Assembly: GCA_043779525.1 (NCBI GenBank)
Contig: JAYWED010000018.1
Location: 20,867 to 84,866 of the forward strand
Direction: 5' to 3'
DNA from: Candidatus Eiseniibacteriota bacterium
GTDB taxonomy: Bacteria > Eisenbacteria > RBG-16-71-46 > SZUA-252
Length of the DNA stretch: 64,000 nt
Shown here: piece after piece, positions 10,076-20,412 of the stretch
How positions within the stretch are numbered: the stretch's first letter is position 1
Layout of the letters: every line of letters begins with the position of its first letter
Notes under the pieces: generated by a model
What the model was told of the DNA's origin: nothing
The model's database searches: none
Seen by the model: the letters and a program-made list of their open reading frames with translations, nothing else
Translations under genes and position numbers: made by a program

Positions 10076-11154
10076 GGCGCCTCGACCGCTACCTGCTCCG
10101 GGAGCAGCTCCTGTCGCTCCTCATGGGGCTCGTCTTCTTCGTCGCCATCTTCATCGTCGTGGACCTGTTCGAGAAGCTGGATTCCTTTCTGGACAACAAG
10201 GTCCCGCTCCCGGTCGTGGCCCACTTCTACCTGGTCTCGATCCCGGGAATCGTGACGATGGTGCTTCCCATGTCGATGCTCCTCTCCTGCCTTCTCGCGC
10301 TGGGGCAGGTCGGCCGTCACAACGAGCTGACCGCGATGCAGGCCGCCGGGATCGGCCTGATGCGGATCGTCATGCCGCTCTTCCTGTTCGCGTTCTTCGT
10401 CTCCGCGGCGGTGTTCGTGGCCAACGAGACCGTGATGCCCCGGCTGAACGCCGCCCGGAACAAGATCTACCACGGCGATATCAAGCACGAGAATCTCGAG
10501 GGCGCCACGCTGCGCACGAACCTCGCGTATCTCGGCGCCGATGGACGCACGTTCCTGATCCGGAGCTACAACATCCCCGAGAGGACGATGCGCGAGGTTG
10601 TGATCCAGGAGATCCGGCAGCACACGCTGAACGGACGCATCGACGCGGAGTCGGCGACGTGGGAGAAGGGCCGCTGGGTGTTCCATCAGGGATTCGTGCG
10701 CCGGTTCGACCGCGAGGGGGAGCACGCGGCCCATTTCAACGAGCTGGTGATCCCCGGACTCAAGGAGGGGCCCGAGAGCTTCGAGAAGGCCGAGGAGGAC
10801 CCGAAGGCGCTCTCCTACTGGGAGCTGGAGCGATACATCCAGCGGCTCCGCCAGAGCGGAAGCCGCGTGCAGAAGTATCTCGTGGAGCTATACCTCAAGA
10901 TCAGCTTCCCGCTGACCAACCTCATCGTGGTGCTGATCGGAACGGCGCTCGCCATCCGGGTCCGCAAGGGCGGCCTGGCCATCAGCTTCGGCCTGGCGGT
11001 GTTCATCAGCTTCGTCTACTACGCGATCATCCGCACCGGGCAGGCGCTGGGCCACAGCGGAACACTCCCGCCCATGGTCGGGGCGTGGCTGGGAAACATC
11101 GTGTTCGGCGTCCTGGGGCTGGAGCTCCTCCGCCGGGCGCGGCGGGGGTTCTAG
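10072..11154 (+). CDS. lptG: LPS export ABC permease LptG (YjgP/YjgQ family)
   Basis: GTG at 10072 overlaps the lptF stop (GTGA). Translation VRRLDRYLLREQLLSLLMGLVFFVAIFIVVDLFEKLDSFLD... is the canonical LptG/LptF N-terminus; 6 predicted TM segments. Confidence 0.75.
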   Translation: MRRLDRYLLREQLLSLLMGLVFFVAIFIVVDLFEKLDSFLDNKVPLPVVAHFYLVSIPGIVTMVLPMSMLLSCLLALGQVGRHNELTAMQAAGIGLMRIVMPLFLFAFFVSAAVFVANETVMPRLNAARNKIYHGDIKHENLEGATLRTNLAYLGADGRTFLIRSYNIPERTMREVVIQEIRQHTLNGRIDAESATWEKGRWVFHQGFVRRFDREGEHAAHFNELVIPGLKEGPESFEKAEEDPKALSYWELERYIQRLRQSGSRVQKYLVELYLKISFPLTNLIVVLIGTALAIRVRKGGLAISFGLAVFISFVYYAIIRTGQALGHSGTLPPMVGAWLGNIVFGVLGLELLRRARRGF

Positions 11155-11161
11155 GGGCGGG

Positions 11162-11920
11162 TCAACCCGCTTTCTTCGCCGCCACCGGGGCCGTGCCCGC
11201 GGGCGCCATGATGCGCCCCTCCTTCAGGAACGGAACCAAGGGCGCCGAATCCACCGCGGCGCAAACGGGGAGGTCCTCCTCGAAGCCCAGCCCTTCCAGA
11301 TAGCGGCCGTGCTCGCTCCGCCGGAGGATGGCCTCGGGCGACATCCCGTGTGCGATGTCGAAGTCGCGCGCGTAGGCCGCCGCGTCGTTCAGCTCCAGAT
11401 CGGGCGACGCGTCGGCGAGCCTCCGGATCAAAGCGCCCGCGCAGGCTGTGTCCTCGAGCGAGAAGCGTCCGCTCCGTCCCGCGCACACGATCGTCAGATC
11501 CGACTGGGCGGCCGTGACCGCCTTCTGTACGGCGCTCAGGTTCACGTACCCGAGGAGGATCTGGTCGCGTCCGGCCAGCGGGCCCGCCATGAGCGGACTC
11601 AGATTCGTGGAAGCGAAGATCAGCGTGGCGCCGTTCACCTTCTTGCGCGTGTATTCACGTGGCGAATTCCCCAGGGCGAAGCCGCTCACCTTCCGCCCTT
11701 CGCGCTCCCCGCACAGGAGGCTCGTCTTGGGATCCAGCGTCTCGTGGAGGCGCGTCGCCTCCTCGACCGTCTTCACCGGGATGATCTTCACCGCTCCGTT
11801 CAGGAGCGCTGTCGCGATGCTGGTGGAGGAGCGAAGCACGTCCACGACCGCGATTTGCCTCGAGTCGGGCGAGGCGCGCTCCAGCTCGGACGGAATGACG
11901 TAGAGATCGATTCGTTTCAT
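11162..11920 (-). CDS. 2-phosphosulfolactate phosphatase (ComB) family protein
   Basis: The last 252 aa of the 610-aa composite ORF ([16 protein letters not shown]...[12 protein letters not shown]...) read as the ComB family. ATG at 11918-11920 overlaps the accC stop (ATGA). The upstream part of the 610-aa ORF is out-of-frame read-through of accC. Confidence 0.6.
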   Translation of the reverse strand: MKRIDLYVIPSELERASPDSRQIAVVDVLRSSTSIATALLNGAVKIIPVKTVEEATRLHETLDPKTSLLCGEREGRKVSGFALGNSPREYTRKKVNGATLIFASTNLSPLMAGPLAGRDQILLGYVNLSAVQKAVTAAQSDLTIVCAGRSGRFSLEDTACAGALIRRLADASPDLELNDAAAYARDFDIAHGMSPEAILRRSEHGRYLEGLGFEEDLPVCAAVDSAPLVPFLKEGRIMAPAGTAPVAAKKAG

Positions 11921-13275
11921 TGGGCCGCCGGCCCCGCCGACAGGAATTCGTCGAGGAACCCGGTGTGGATATCGCCGCGGAGGAACGCGGGATCCTTGAG
12001 GATGCGCAGGTGGAGCGGAATCGTGGTGTCGATGCCCTCGACCACCGTCTCCTCGAGAGCCCGCCGCATCCGCACGACCGATTCCATGCGGTCCCGGCCC
12101 CACGTGATGATCTTGGCCACCATGGAATCGTAGTGCGGCGGCACCGTGTATCCCGAATAGAGATGGCTGTCCACGCGGACGCCGGGACCACCGGGACCGT
12201 GGAAATAGGTCACCTTCCCCGGCGACGGCTGGAAGTTGTGGTCCGGCTTCTCCGCGTTCACGCGGCACTCGATCGCGTGTCCGCGCAGGCGCACCTCGTC
12301 CTGTTTCCAGGGCAGCGCTTCTCCGGCGGCCACCGCGATCTGAGCCTTGATCAGATCGTAGCCGGTCACCTCTTCGGTCACGGGGTGTTCCACCTGGATG
12401 CGCGTGTTCATCTCCATGAAGTAGAAGCTGCGATCCTGACCCAGCAGAAATTCGATCGTCCCGCAGCTCTCGTATCCGATCGATCGGGCCCCGGCCACCG
12501 CGGCCGAGCCCATCTTCGTGCGCAGCTCGTCGTCGAGCGCGACGCTCGGCGATTCCTCGATCAGCTTTTGATGCCGGCGCTGGATGGAGCACTCGCGCTC
12601 CCCCAGATGAATCAGGTTGCCGTGCTTGTCGCCGATGATCTGGAACTCGATGTGCCGCGGCTTCTCGACGTACCGCTCGAGGTAGACCGCCCCGTTCCCG
12701 AAGTTGGCCTCCGCCTCCGCCTGGGCGGTGCGGATCCCGTTCCGGAGGGAGGACTCGTCGGTGGCGACGCGCATTCCCTTGCCGCCGCCGCCGGCCGCGG
12801 CCTTGATGATCACCGGATAGCCCAGCTCGCGAGCCACGGCGGCCGCGTCGTCGGAGGACTCGAGGGTGCCCTCGCTTCCGGGCGTCACCGGCACGCCCGC
12901 CTTCACCATCGTCTTCCGCGCGACCGCCTTGTCCCCCATGAGCCGGATCATCTCCGAGGTCGGCCCGATGAAGCGGATGTTGCACGACTCGCACACTTCC
13001 GCGAAGTGCGCGTTCTCGGAGAGGAATCCGTAGCCGGGATGGATCGCGTCGGCGGCCGTGATCTCGGCGGCGCTGATGATACGCGCCATGTGGAGATAGC
13101 TGACCGCGGAGGGCGGCGGCCCGATGCAGACCGCCTCGTCCGCGAGGCGCACATGCAGCGAGTCCCGGTCCGCCTCGGAGTAGACGGCCACCGTCTCGAT
13201 TCCGAGCTCCCGCGCCGCGCGAATGATGCGCAACGCGATTTCACCTCGGTTGGCGATCAGGATCTTCTTGAACAT
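11917..13275 (-). CDS. accC: Acetyl-CoA carboxylase biotin carboxylase subunit
   Basis: 452 aa, [36 protein letters not shown]... classic AccC ATP-grasp sequence. Confidence 0.9.
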   Translation of the reverse strand: MFKKILIANRGEIALRIIRAARELGIETVAVYSEADRDSLHVRLADEAVCIGPPPSAVSYLHMARIISAAEITAADAIHPGYGFLSENAHFAEVCESCNIRFIGPTSEMIRLMGDKAVARKTMVKAGVPVTPGSEGTLESSDDAAAVARELGYPVIIKAAAGGGGKGMRVATDESSLRNGIRTAQAEAEANFGNGAVYLERYVEKPRHIEFQIIGDKHGNLIHLGERECSIQRRHQKLIEESPSVALDDELRTKMGSAAVAGARSIGYESCGTIEFLLGQDRSFYFMEMNTRIQVEHPVTEEVTGYDLIKAQIAVAAGEALPWKQDEVRLRGHAIECRVNAEKPDHNFQPSPGKVTYFHGPGGPGVRVDSHLYSGYTVPPHYDSMVAKIITWGRDRMESVVRMRRALEETVVEGIDTTIPLHLRILKDPAFLRGDIHTGFLDEFLSAGPAAQ

Positions 13276-13279
13276 CCGG

Positions 13280-14404
13280 CTAGACGGGGCTCTCTTTGTG
13301 CTCGAACGGCTTCCACGACTCGTCCGACGTGGCGTGAATGCCCTTCACGCGGAGCTCGAATTCGGTCGGATTGGAGCAGTAACGGAGCGCCGTCTCGAGG
13401 CTGATCTTCCCCTCCGTGTGTTGCTTCATGATCGCCTGGTCGAAGGTCTGCATGCCGTACTGGGAAACGCCCTCCTGGATCGCGCCCTTGATCAGCGAGG
13501 TCTTCGCCGGATCCAGCAGGTACTCGCGGATCGTGGCGGTCGCGATCATGACCTCGGCCGCGGGAATCCGGCCCGCCTGGTCCGAGCGGGGCATGAGCCG
13601 GAGCGCGATCACCGCCTGGAGCGTCGAGGAGAGCATGTACCGCGTCTCCTCGTGCTGGTGCGGCGGGAAGAAGGAAAGGATCCGGTTGATCGTCTGCGGA
13701 GCGTCGGTCGTGTGGAGTGTGGAGAGCACTAGGTGTCCGGTGTCGGCCGCCATGAGGGCGGTCTGCATCGTTTCGGCGTCACGGATCTCACCGATCAGGA
13801 TCACGTCGGGATCCTGACGAAGGATGTGCTTCAAGCCCTCGGCGAAGGAGGCCGTGTCCAGGCCGACCTCGCGCTGGGAGATGGTGCTTTTCTTGTCCCG
13901 ATAGAGAAACTCGACCGGGTCCTCGATCGTGATGACGTTCTTGGCGACGGTCCGATTCACCGAATCGATCATGGCCGCGAGCGTGGTGGACTTGCCGCTT
14001 CCCACGGTGCCGCAGACGAGAACGAGTCCGCGAGGGCGACTCGCGATCTCCTCGATGGTCCCGGGGAGGTTCAGCTCCTCGAAAGACGGAATCGTCGCCG
14101 GCACCTGCCGGAAGACCATCGCGATGGTTCCGCGCTGCTGGTAGAAGTTGGTCCGGAAGCGCGAAAGACCGGTCACGCCGAATGCGAAGTCCACCTCCCG
14201 CGTGTCCTCGAAGGTTTTCTTCTGCTTGGGCGTCAGGATCTGATCGACGATCGCCTCCAGATCCGCCTGGCTCGGCGCCGGCTCGTCCAGCGTGACCAGG
14301 GCTCCGTTCTGGCGCGCGGTGGGCTTGGTGCCCACCTTGACGTGAAGGTCGGAAGCTTTGAGCTCCACCATTTTTTGCAGCACTCGCTTGATGTTCATCC
14401 CCAC
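13280..14404 (-). CDS. pilT: Type IV pilus retraction ATPase PilT (twitching motility protein)
   Basis: 374 aa; Walker [11 protein letters not shown], Asp box, ...[29 protein letters not shown]..., and C-terminal AIREG-like motif; length and motifs match PilT/PilU rather than PilB. Confidence 0.85.
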   Translation of the reverse strand: MGMNIKRVLQKMVELKASDLHVKVGTKPTARQNGALVTLDEPAPSQADLEAIVDQILTPKQKKTFEDTREVDFAFGVTGLSRFRTNFYQQRGTIAMVFRQVPATIPSFEELNLPGTIEEIASRPRGLVLVCGTVGSGKSTTLAAMIDSVNRTVAKNVITIEDPVEFLYRDKKSTISQREVGLDTASFAEGLKHILRQDPDVILIGEIRDAETMQTALMAADTGHLVLSTLHTTDAPQTINRILSFFPPHQHEETRYMLSSTLQAVIALRLMPRSDQAGRIPAAEVMIATATIREYLLDPAKTSLIKGAIQEGVSQYGMQTFDQAIMKQHTEGKISLETALRYCSNPTEFELRVKGIHATSDESWKPFEHKESPV

Positions 14405-14418
14405 TCCCCTCGCACGGA

Positions 14419-14874
14419 CTACGCGGCGGTGTCTGATTCCACCAGGAACAGTGTCTGCCCGTACTCCACGGGCTGAGCGTTCTCCACGAGAATCCGGGTG
14501 ATCCTGCCCTCCACCTCGGACTCGATCTCGTTCATCAGCTTCATCGCCTCCACGATGCAGACGGTCTGGCCCACCGTGACCGAGCTCAACTCCTCGACAT
14601 AGTTATCGGCATCCGGCGCGGGAGCGCGATAGAACGTGCCCACCATCGGCGATTTGATCGGAATCAGGTTCTTCGGGGGCTTCGCCTCGATCTCGGGCCG
14701 CTCGCTGGGGGCCGCAACCTCCGCGGGGCGGGGCGCCTGCGCCATGGGCGCCAAGGCGTCCGGGCCGGCGCGCCTTGCGCGTATGGTGGTGAACCACCGG
14801 CGGACCTCGATCTCGGCCAGCTCTTCGTCGCGCATGATCGCGACCATCTCCCGGATTTTCTTGCGCAGGTTCAT
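14419..14874 (-). CDS. accB: Acetyl-CoA carboxylase biotin carboxyl carrier protein
   Basis: 151 aa from ATG 14872-14874 (ATGA overlap with aroQ stop): MNLRKKIREM...; biotinylation motif CIVEAMKLMNEIE. The longer 234-aa ORF is an out-of-frame N-terminal extension. Confidence 0.85.
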   Translation of the reverse strand: MNLRKKIREMVAIMRDEELAEIEVRRWFTTIRARRAGPDALAPMAQAPRPAEVAAPSERPEIEAKPPKNLIPIKSPMVGTFYRAPAPDADNYVEELSSVTVGQTVCIVEAMKLMNEIESEVEGRITRILVENAQPVEYGQTLFLVESDTAA

Positions 14875-15335
14875 CGGTTTCTCCGCGGCGTCCCGGCTCG
14901 ATTCAGCCTGGACGCCAGCTCGTGCAGGCCCAGCTCGTAGCTCCGGGCGCCGAATCCCATGATCACGCCGGAGGCGGCCGCGCCCGTCAGGCTCGCCGCG
15001 CGGGATCCTCCCCGGGCGTACAGGTTCGTGAGATGGACCTCGACGACCGGAATCGTCATGGCCCGCATCGTGTCGGCGAGGGCGACGCTCGTGTGCGAAT
15101 AGCCGCCCGGGTTGATCAGACAACCGTGCGCCGCGCTCATGGCAACGATGAGGCGGTCGATGAGAGCGCCCTCATGGTTCGTCTGGAAGCACTCCACCGT
15201 AAGTCCCAGGCTCTCGCCGAGCGTTCCGAGCCTGCGATCGATCGCGTCGAGGGTTTCCCGCCCGTAGAGATCGGGCTCGCGTTTCCCCAGAAGATCCATG
15301 TTCGGTCCGTGCAAGACCCATACGGTCTTCGACAT
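14871..15335 (-). CDS. aroQ: 3-dehydroquinate dehydratase, type II
   Basis: MSKTVWVLHGPNMDLLGKREPDLYG...LINPGGYSHTSVAL... canonical AroQ; start at ATG 15333-15335 overlapping the upstream stop. Confidence 0.8.
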   Translation of the reverse strand: MSKTVWVLHGPNMDLLGKREPDLYGRETLDAIDRRLGTLGESLGLTVECFQTNHEGALIDRLIVAMSAAHGCLINPGGYSHTSVALADTMRAMTIPVVEVHLTNLYARGGSRAASLTGAAASGVIMGFGARSYELGLHELASRLNRAGTPRRNR

Positions 15336-16279
15336 CAGCCGCGGCCGCCCTTGAGCCTGGTGAGCCATGTCTCGAACGCCGACTTGTTTTGAACGTGCTT
15401 CGGCGGACCGGACGGCTCCGAAGCGGGTAACGGGTTTCTGGGAAGCTCGGTCCAGTGGAAGGAGGCATGGTCGGACGCCACGGTCGCCTGCGCCATGGGT
15501 GCGGGCTCCGCAGCAGGCGCTATGGGCGCGACTTCCCGTGGAAGCGAGGTTTCTCCCGAGGGATCTGGTCGTGGCTTTGAGCCCGAGGGAGATACCTCGC
15601 TTCCACGTGCCTCGGTGCCGGAGGCGCCACGATCGGCCTCACCCGGAGGTGCGGTCGACTCGACGTCCAGACGATCGAAGGCCATCTCCTGGAAATCCTG
15701 GACCCTCACTTCGTAGGGCTTCGGCGCCTGAACGTCGAAGGACTCGATCGTGTGAAGGCCGAGCGAGATCTCCCCCAGATACTCTTCTTCGCGGGGAGGC
15801 GCTACCGGCTGCCAGGTCATGTCGCCTTGGGCGACGACAAGGTCCGGAGGCCGCACCTCCGGAAACTCTCCGGACGTGATCTGATGGAGCGCCGATTGCG
15901 ACTCGAGATCGCCGGGATCGATGCGGCAGACCGCGCGATAGAAATCCGCCGCCGTGCCGTGGCGGCCCTCGTGGGAGAGAATCCCGGCGAGCGCTTTCAG
16001 GGCGACCACGTTCTCACGGTCGAGCGCGACCGCGCTCTCGAACTGCGCGCGAGCCTCGGTCAGGCGGCCGGCCGCGAGATAGCAGCGGCCAAGCACGACG
16101 TGATCCCCAACGCCGTGGCCGGGTCGCCCGCGCCGCTCCTCGCAGAGCCGGATGGCATCGTCCACCCGCCCCTGCTCCCGCATGCGCTCGGCAACGGGCA
16201 GATAGAGCGGCGACGACGGATCCTGCGATACGATCCGTTCCAGAAGCGCGGTTGAATCGTTGTGTGTGTCCTCGGACAT
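15335..16279 (-). CDS. TPR-repeat protein with Pro/Ser-rich disordered C-terminal half
   Basis: From ATG 16277-16279: MSEDTHNDSTALLERIV... contains TPR-like helical repeats (GRCYLAAGRLTEARAQFESAVALDRENVVALKALAG), then a low-complexity tail. Confidence 0.5.
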   Translation of the reverse strand: MSEDTHNDSTALLERIVSQDPSSPLYLPVAERMREQGRVDDAIRLCEERRGRPGHGVGDHVVLGRCYLAAGRLTEARAQFESAVALDRENVVALKALAGILSHEGRHGTAADFYRAVCRIDPGDLESQSALHQITSGEFPEVRPPDLVVAQGDMTWQPVAPPREEEYLGEISLGLHTIESFDVQAPKPYEVRVQDFQEMAFDRLDVESTAPPGEADRGASGTEARGSEVSPSGSKPRPDPSGETSLPREVAPIAPAAEPAPMAQATVASDHASFHWTELPRNPLPASEPSGPPKHVQNKSAFETWLTRLKGGRG

Positions 16280-16286
16280 GACCCCC

Positions 16287-17423
16287 TCAGGGTTTCTGGA
16301 CGAGGCTTGAGATGACCCGCCGGAGCGATGTAAGCGAAGGTAGTTCATAGGTTTTAGCTGCTCCGATCGCGGGGGACAATACCATTCGCGTGAGGAGCCG
16401 TCCACGCTTCTTGTCCCTCTCGAGCGCGCGCCAGAAGGAGGCCCCCGGGCGGCGCGCGAGCCGAACCGGCAATCCCAGATCCCGAAGCAGGTCCTCGACG
16501 TCACGCGCCGCGGATGGATCGAGGCCCGCCATCCGCACGCTCATGCGAAGCGCGGCCACCATTCCGATCGAGACCGCCTCGCCGTGGGTAATGCGCCCGT
16601 AGCCTAACGAAGCCTCGAGGGCGTGGCCCACGGTGTGCCCGAAATTGAGCTCGCGGCGCTTGCCGCGATCCATCGGATCGCGCGACACGTACCACGCCTT
16701 TTCCCTTGCCGCGGCGCGGACCAGGCCGGCGATGCGCGTGCCCCCGGCTCCGTTCGCGCCTCTCGCGCCCGGCCTGCCCGCCCGGCGCTCGTCCGCGGGC
16801 CGCTCGTCCGCGAGCCGCCGCAGGGACGCGAGGATGGATGGGCGATGGATGACGCCGATCTTCGCGATCTCCGCGAGCCCGGACCGGAACGCGCGCGGAG
16901 TCAGGGTCGCGAGGACGTCCGGATCGCAGAACACACCGCGCGGATGATGGAACGCGCCCACGAGATTTTTACCGCGCGGAAGATTCACGCCCACCTTTCC
17001 GCCTATGCTCGCGTCTGCCTGCGCCAAAACCGTGGTCGGGAACGCGTACCAGTCGAGCCCGCGCGCGTACGCGGCTGCCGCGAAGCCCGCAACGTCGGAG
17101 ACCACGCCCCCTCCGAGCGCCAGGACCGGAACCGAGCGGTCCACGCCCCACTTGGACCAGAGCTCGCACAGCCCGCGCACGCGCGCGAGGGTCTTCGAGC
17201 GCTCACCCGGCGAAAGGGCCGTCACGCGCGGCGTGAACCCCGCGCGGCGCAGGCTCGCCAGAAACCGCGTTCCGTGGAGTCGCAGGACGGTGCGGTCGGT
17301 GACCACGAGCAGCGCTCGGGGCGCGCCCTCGGACCGCATCCGCGCTCCGGCTCTCTCGAGAAGCCCGGGGGCGATGTGGATGGGATAGCGAATGCGCTCG
17401 CGCGCGGCGGATACCCGGATCAT
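16287..17423 (-). CDS. aroB: 3-dehydroquinate synthase, with a low-complexity insertion
   Basis: 378 aa; ...GGGVVSDVAGFAAAAYARGLDWYAFPTTVLAQADASIGGKVGVNLPRGKNLVGAFHHP... is canonical AroB; contains unusual insert RRLADERPADERRAGRPGARGANGAGGTRIAG. Confidence 0.8.
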   Translation of the reverse strand: MIRVSAARERIRYPIHIAPGLLERAGARMRSEGAPRALLVVTDRTVLRLHGTRFLASLRRAGFTPRVTALSPGERSKTLARVRGLCELWSKWGVDRSVPVLALGGGVVSDVAGFAAAAYARGLDWYAFPTTVLAQADASIGGKVGVNLPRGKNLVGAFHHPRGVFCDPDVLATLTPRAFRSGLAEIAKIGVIHRPSILASLRRLADERPADERRAGRPGARGANGAGGTRIAGLVRAAAREKAWYVSRDPMDRGKRRELNFGHTVGHALEASLGYGRITHGEAVSIGMVAALRMSVRMAGLDPSAARDVEDLLRDLGLPVRLARRPGASFWRALERDKKRGRLLTRMVLSPAIGAAKTYELPSLTSLRRVISSLVQKP

Positions 17424-18427
17424 CGCGACGCGATCGTCTCCGCGATCGCCTGGAGCTCGCGAAGGTAGGGCAGCTTGGGACGGCCGGGGGCGAAGACGGC
17501 GAGGTCCACGAGGTACCGCCTTCCCCCGCGCGAAACCTCGTAGAAGCGATAGGGCCCGGCGGCGCTCACGTCCGAGTCCTCCCAGCGTCCGTGGATCTGG
17601 CGCCGCGCGCCGGCAAGCTCGCCCGCCGTGAGCGTGGGATCGACCAGGTCCAGGGTGCGCTCGCTCGGACGGAAGGTGCGCGCGAGCGCCTCCCTGGCGA
17701 GTCTCAGATCGGACGCTTGACCTCGGTCCCCTTCGGGAAGGATGCGCAGGAGCCGGGCCGGCGGACCCGGATCGAGAAGAAGCGCCGCGTGCGTCCCGGG
17801 ATCGATATGCACCTCGTATCCACGGGGCACCCGGAGGCTGAATCCCAGGAGCCGCGCGAGCCGCCGCTCCGCCTCCGCGTCATGAGGGAGCGCGTAGAGG
17901 CGTGCGCGCACGGTGGCGAAGGTGGCGCGATCGATCTCGAGAAAGAGGCGGTTCTGGTAGCGCGCCAGGAGCGGAAGGAGGTCTTCTCGCGTATCCGTCC
18001 AGAACATTCCGGAGGCCTGGCCGCGCAGCCAGACGTCGGAGGCGAACACGAACGGCGCGGCGCTTCGCGAGCGGAGCCGGGTCAGCGGCACAAGCGGCCG
18101 GGGGATGGCGCTCTCGGGGCCGTATCCGAGGAACAGGACGTTCCTCGCGCGATACACGCCCGCCTCCTCGGGAGAAGCGACGCGGACCGCGAAGGCTGTC
18201 TCATCCTCGATCCGGATCGCGGGCCGCTCGAGAACGGCGCGAAGGAAGAGGATCTCGGGAGCGTCCGCCGGGAGCGAGGTCACCAGGGTCAGCTCGCGGC
18301 TCCCTCCCTCGGCGAAGGGCCGGCCACCGCACGAACAGCACGCGATCGCGATCGCGATCAGCATGAGCGGAGTCCTGGCGGCCATTCGCGTCATAGATGC
18401 GTCGCAGGCTAACACAGGACCAGCCAA
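17420..18427 (-). CDS. Uncharacterized lipoprotein (signal peptide + lipobox ...AIAIACCSCGG)
   Basis: 335-aa ORF with N-terminal MTRMAARTPLMLIAIAIACCSC; no recognizable catalytic motifs. Confidence 0.45.
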   Translation of the reverse strand: MAGPVLACDASMTRMAARTPLMLIAIAIACCSCGGRPFAEGGSRELTLVTSLPADAPEILFLRAVLERPAIRIEDETAFAVRVASPEEAGVYRARNVLFLGYGPESAIPRPLVPLTRLRSRSAAPFVFASDVWLRGQASGMFWTDTREDLLPLLARYQNRLFLEIDRATFATVRARLYALPHDAEAERRLARLLGFSLRVPRGYEVHIDPGTHAALLLDPGPPARLLRILPEGDRGQASDLRLAREALARTFRPSERTLDLVDPTLTAGELAGARRQIHGRWEDSDVSAAGPYRFYEVSRGGRRYLVDLAVFAPGRPKLPYLRELQAIAETIASR

Positions 18428-18434
18428 GAGCGTA

Positions 18435-18487
18435 GCGTCAGCGGGCGGAGCGGAGCGTCAGCGGGCGGAGCGGAGCGTCAGCGGGAT
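18435..18487. repeat. 20-nt tandem repeat (agcgtcagcgggcggagcgg) x2.6 spanning the HtrA-like gene stop codon and the intergenic space
   Basis: Direct reading of 18435-18454, 18455-18474 and partial 18475-18487; the TCA (TGA on minus strand) in the third copy is the protease stop. Confidence 0.8.
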
Positions 18488-19674
18488 GGCGGACCTTCCA
18501 GGGTCTTGATCCGCTCTTCGACTTTCTTCTTCTCGGTCTCGAGCTTTTCCCGCGCGTGCTTGAGCCGCTCCAGCTCCTCGGCCCGGTCGTCGGGGTGAGG
18601 CATCGCGGGCGCCCGGATGGCAGCATCCAGCGTGGTGCGCACCGGGAAGATCTCCGGTCCGCGCGAGACGGTCATCTCGATCTCGTCCCCCGGACGCAAC
18701 GCGCGGACCAAGGAGGTGATCTCCTCGCTGGAATGGATGGGAGTTCCCTCGAACGCGAGGATTCGGTCTCCCGACCTTATACCTGCCAGGTCCGCGGGAC
18801 TCTTCGGGACGACGCCCTCCACCACGACGCCGAGGCTGTCGGCAAGGATGCCGCGGCGCATCTGGATTCCGAGAAACGCGCGGCGAACGTTCCCGTATTC
18901 CTCGAGGTCGGCCGCGATCCGCTGGAGTTGATCGATCGGAAGCGCGATGAGGAGATCACCCGGCTGCTTCTGGCTCTCTTCGTCGGGCGCTCCGACCGGG
19001 GAGGTCGCGTCGGGCTCGCGGGACTTGGCGGCGCGGCCGACCACGATCGCCACCCATTCCCCCGCCTCGTTCAGGACAGCGCCACCGCTCGCCCCCGGAT
19101 TGGCGGAGGCTTCGATCTCGACGATGTCACCGGAATAAGGGAAATCCACGCGCTCTCCGCGGCCGGCAACCTTCCCGAGCGTGATCTGAGGACGCGTGAC
19201 GTTCACGTTGGAGATCACCGCCACCCAGGATCCGACCGCGATGGACTGCGGCGAGGCCTGCCGGAGCGGCTGGAGCGGGGGTCCATCGACGGAGAAGAGC
19301 GCGATGTTCGACTGGCGGTCCACGCCCCGGATCGTGGCTTCGCGCTTCAGGCCGTCCCCAAAGAGCACGCTGAAGGAGCCCCCGGGAATGGCCATGCTCG
19401 CGGTGGTCAGGAGCCGGTGCGGGTTCAGGACCACCGCGGTGCCGATCAGGCGGCGAAGCGGCCGGTCCGCGCGAGGCCGGGGCTCCGAGGCGGGAAGGGC
19501 GACCATGGTCACGACGCTGGTTCGGGCGGAATCGACGCCCACCAGAAGCGTGGCTTCTTCGGAGCGGAGAGGGAGGATGCTGGCGGCGCCCGCGTGGGAC
19601 AGGAACAGGATGGCCGACGCGGCCAGAGCTGCAAGCGCTGCGAACCTTTGAGGCCGGATCCGGATCACGGGCAT
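18478..19674 (-). CDS. HtrA/DegP-family periplasmic serine protease with PDZ domain and coiled-coil C-terminal tail
   Basis: Signal peptide; trypsin-like core with ...EASANPGASGGAVLN... (catalytic Ser box); PDZ region ...GVVVEGVVPKSPADLAGIRSGDRILAFEGTPI...; C-terminal EELERLKHAREKLETEKKKVEERIKTLE tail. Confidence 0.75.
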   Translation of the reverse strand: MPVIRIRPQRFAALAALAASAILFLSHAGAASILPLRSEEATLLVGVDSARTSVVTMVALPASEPRPRADRPLRRLIGTAVVLNPHRLLTTASMAIPGGSFSVLFGDGLKREATIRGVDRQSNIALFSVDGPPLQPLRQASPQSIAVGSWVAVISNVNVTRPQITLGKVAGRGERVDFPYSGDIVEIEASANPGASGGAVLNEAGEWVAIVVGRAAKSREPDATSPVGAPDEESQKQPGDLLIALPIDQLQRIAADLEEYGNVRRAFLGIQMRRGILADSLGVVVEGVVPKSPADLAGIRSGDRILAFEGTPIHSSEEITSLVRALRPGDEIEMTVSRGPEIFPVRTTLDAAIRAPAMPHPDDRAEELERLKHAREKLETEKKKVEERIKTLEGPPSR

Positions 19675-19698
19675 CGGAACGCGCTCCAGGCGCTCGGC

Positions 19699-20412
19699 CT
19701 AGAAGACGATGTAGACGCCGTCGTCCTGTGTCTCGTTCACGGGAACGACGGAGGGGTCCTGACCCTGGGGACCGTGGTCGAGATAGAACTGGTCGTTGAT
19801 GATCTCGTCCGTGTAGCGCTGGCGCGGCACGCGGCCGTCCACGATCGAATCTCGCGCGGCGGGCGTGGCCTGCGCCATGCTCGCAACCACCGCTCCGGCC
19901 GCGCGGATCGAGGGCGCGACGGCCGGCGGACGAGACGGCGCGGAAGCGGTCCCCTGCGCAACGGCCTGCGGGGCCGAGGCCGCCGGAGCGGTGATGACAC
20001 CCGCGGCGGCTCCCTGGAGCCGGGATGCGCTCATCGGCGACAGGGCCGGACGCAGGAAGCCCTGCCCCACGGGGGAGAGCAGGAGCGCCATGGCGACGGC
20101 GGATGCGCCGGCGCCCGCCATGTAGATCGGTTTCAGCCGGATGGGCGAGAGAAGCTCACGGATCAATTCCAACGCGGTCGGACGCAGCCCCTCTCCGGAG
20201 CGGATTTTGGCATACACGTCCTCGTCGAAATGCGCACTGGGTTCGACCAGCGGCATCCCTTCCAGGATCGACATCGTCGCTCTCACGTCGCTCATCGCGA
20301 CCGAACAGCGGCGACACCCCATGAGGTGCGCCTCGACGTTGCGGCGCTCCTCCTGGCTGATCTCGTCCTCGATGTAGGAGGAGAACAACGATTCGACCGA
20401 CCGGCAATTCAT
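19699..20412 (-). CDS. Membrane anti-sigma factor with N-terminal zinc-finger (HC2 / RsrA-ChrR-like) domain
   Basis: N-terminus ...EAHLMGCRRCSV... (H-x3-C-x2-C motif), central TM segment, Ala-rich periplasmic region. Start overlaps the stop of the ECF sigma gene (20409-20412). Confidence 0.6.
   Translation of the reverse strand: MNCRSVESLFSSYIEDEISQEERRNVEAHLMGCRRCSVAMSDVRATMSILEGMPLVEPSAHFDEDVYAKIRSGEGLRPTALELIRELLSPIRLKPIYMAGAGASAVAMALLLSPVGQGFLRPALSPMSASRLQGAAAGVITAPAASAPQAVAQGTASAPSRPPAVAPSIRAAGAVVASMAQATPAARDSIVDGRVPRQRYTDEIINDQFYLDHGPQGQDPSVVPVNETQDDGVYIVF

Noticed and set aside
11162-12994. 610-aa composite ORF
   Set aside because: N-terminal part is out-of-frame read-through of accC; only the C-terminal 252 codons (comB-like) are coding. 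Split accordingly.
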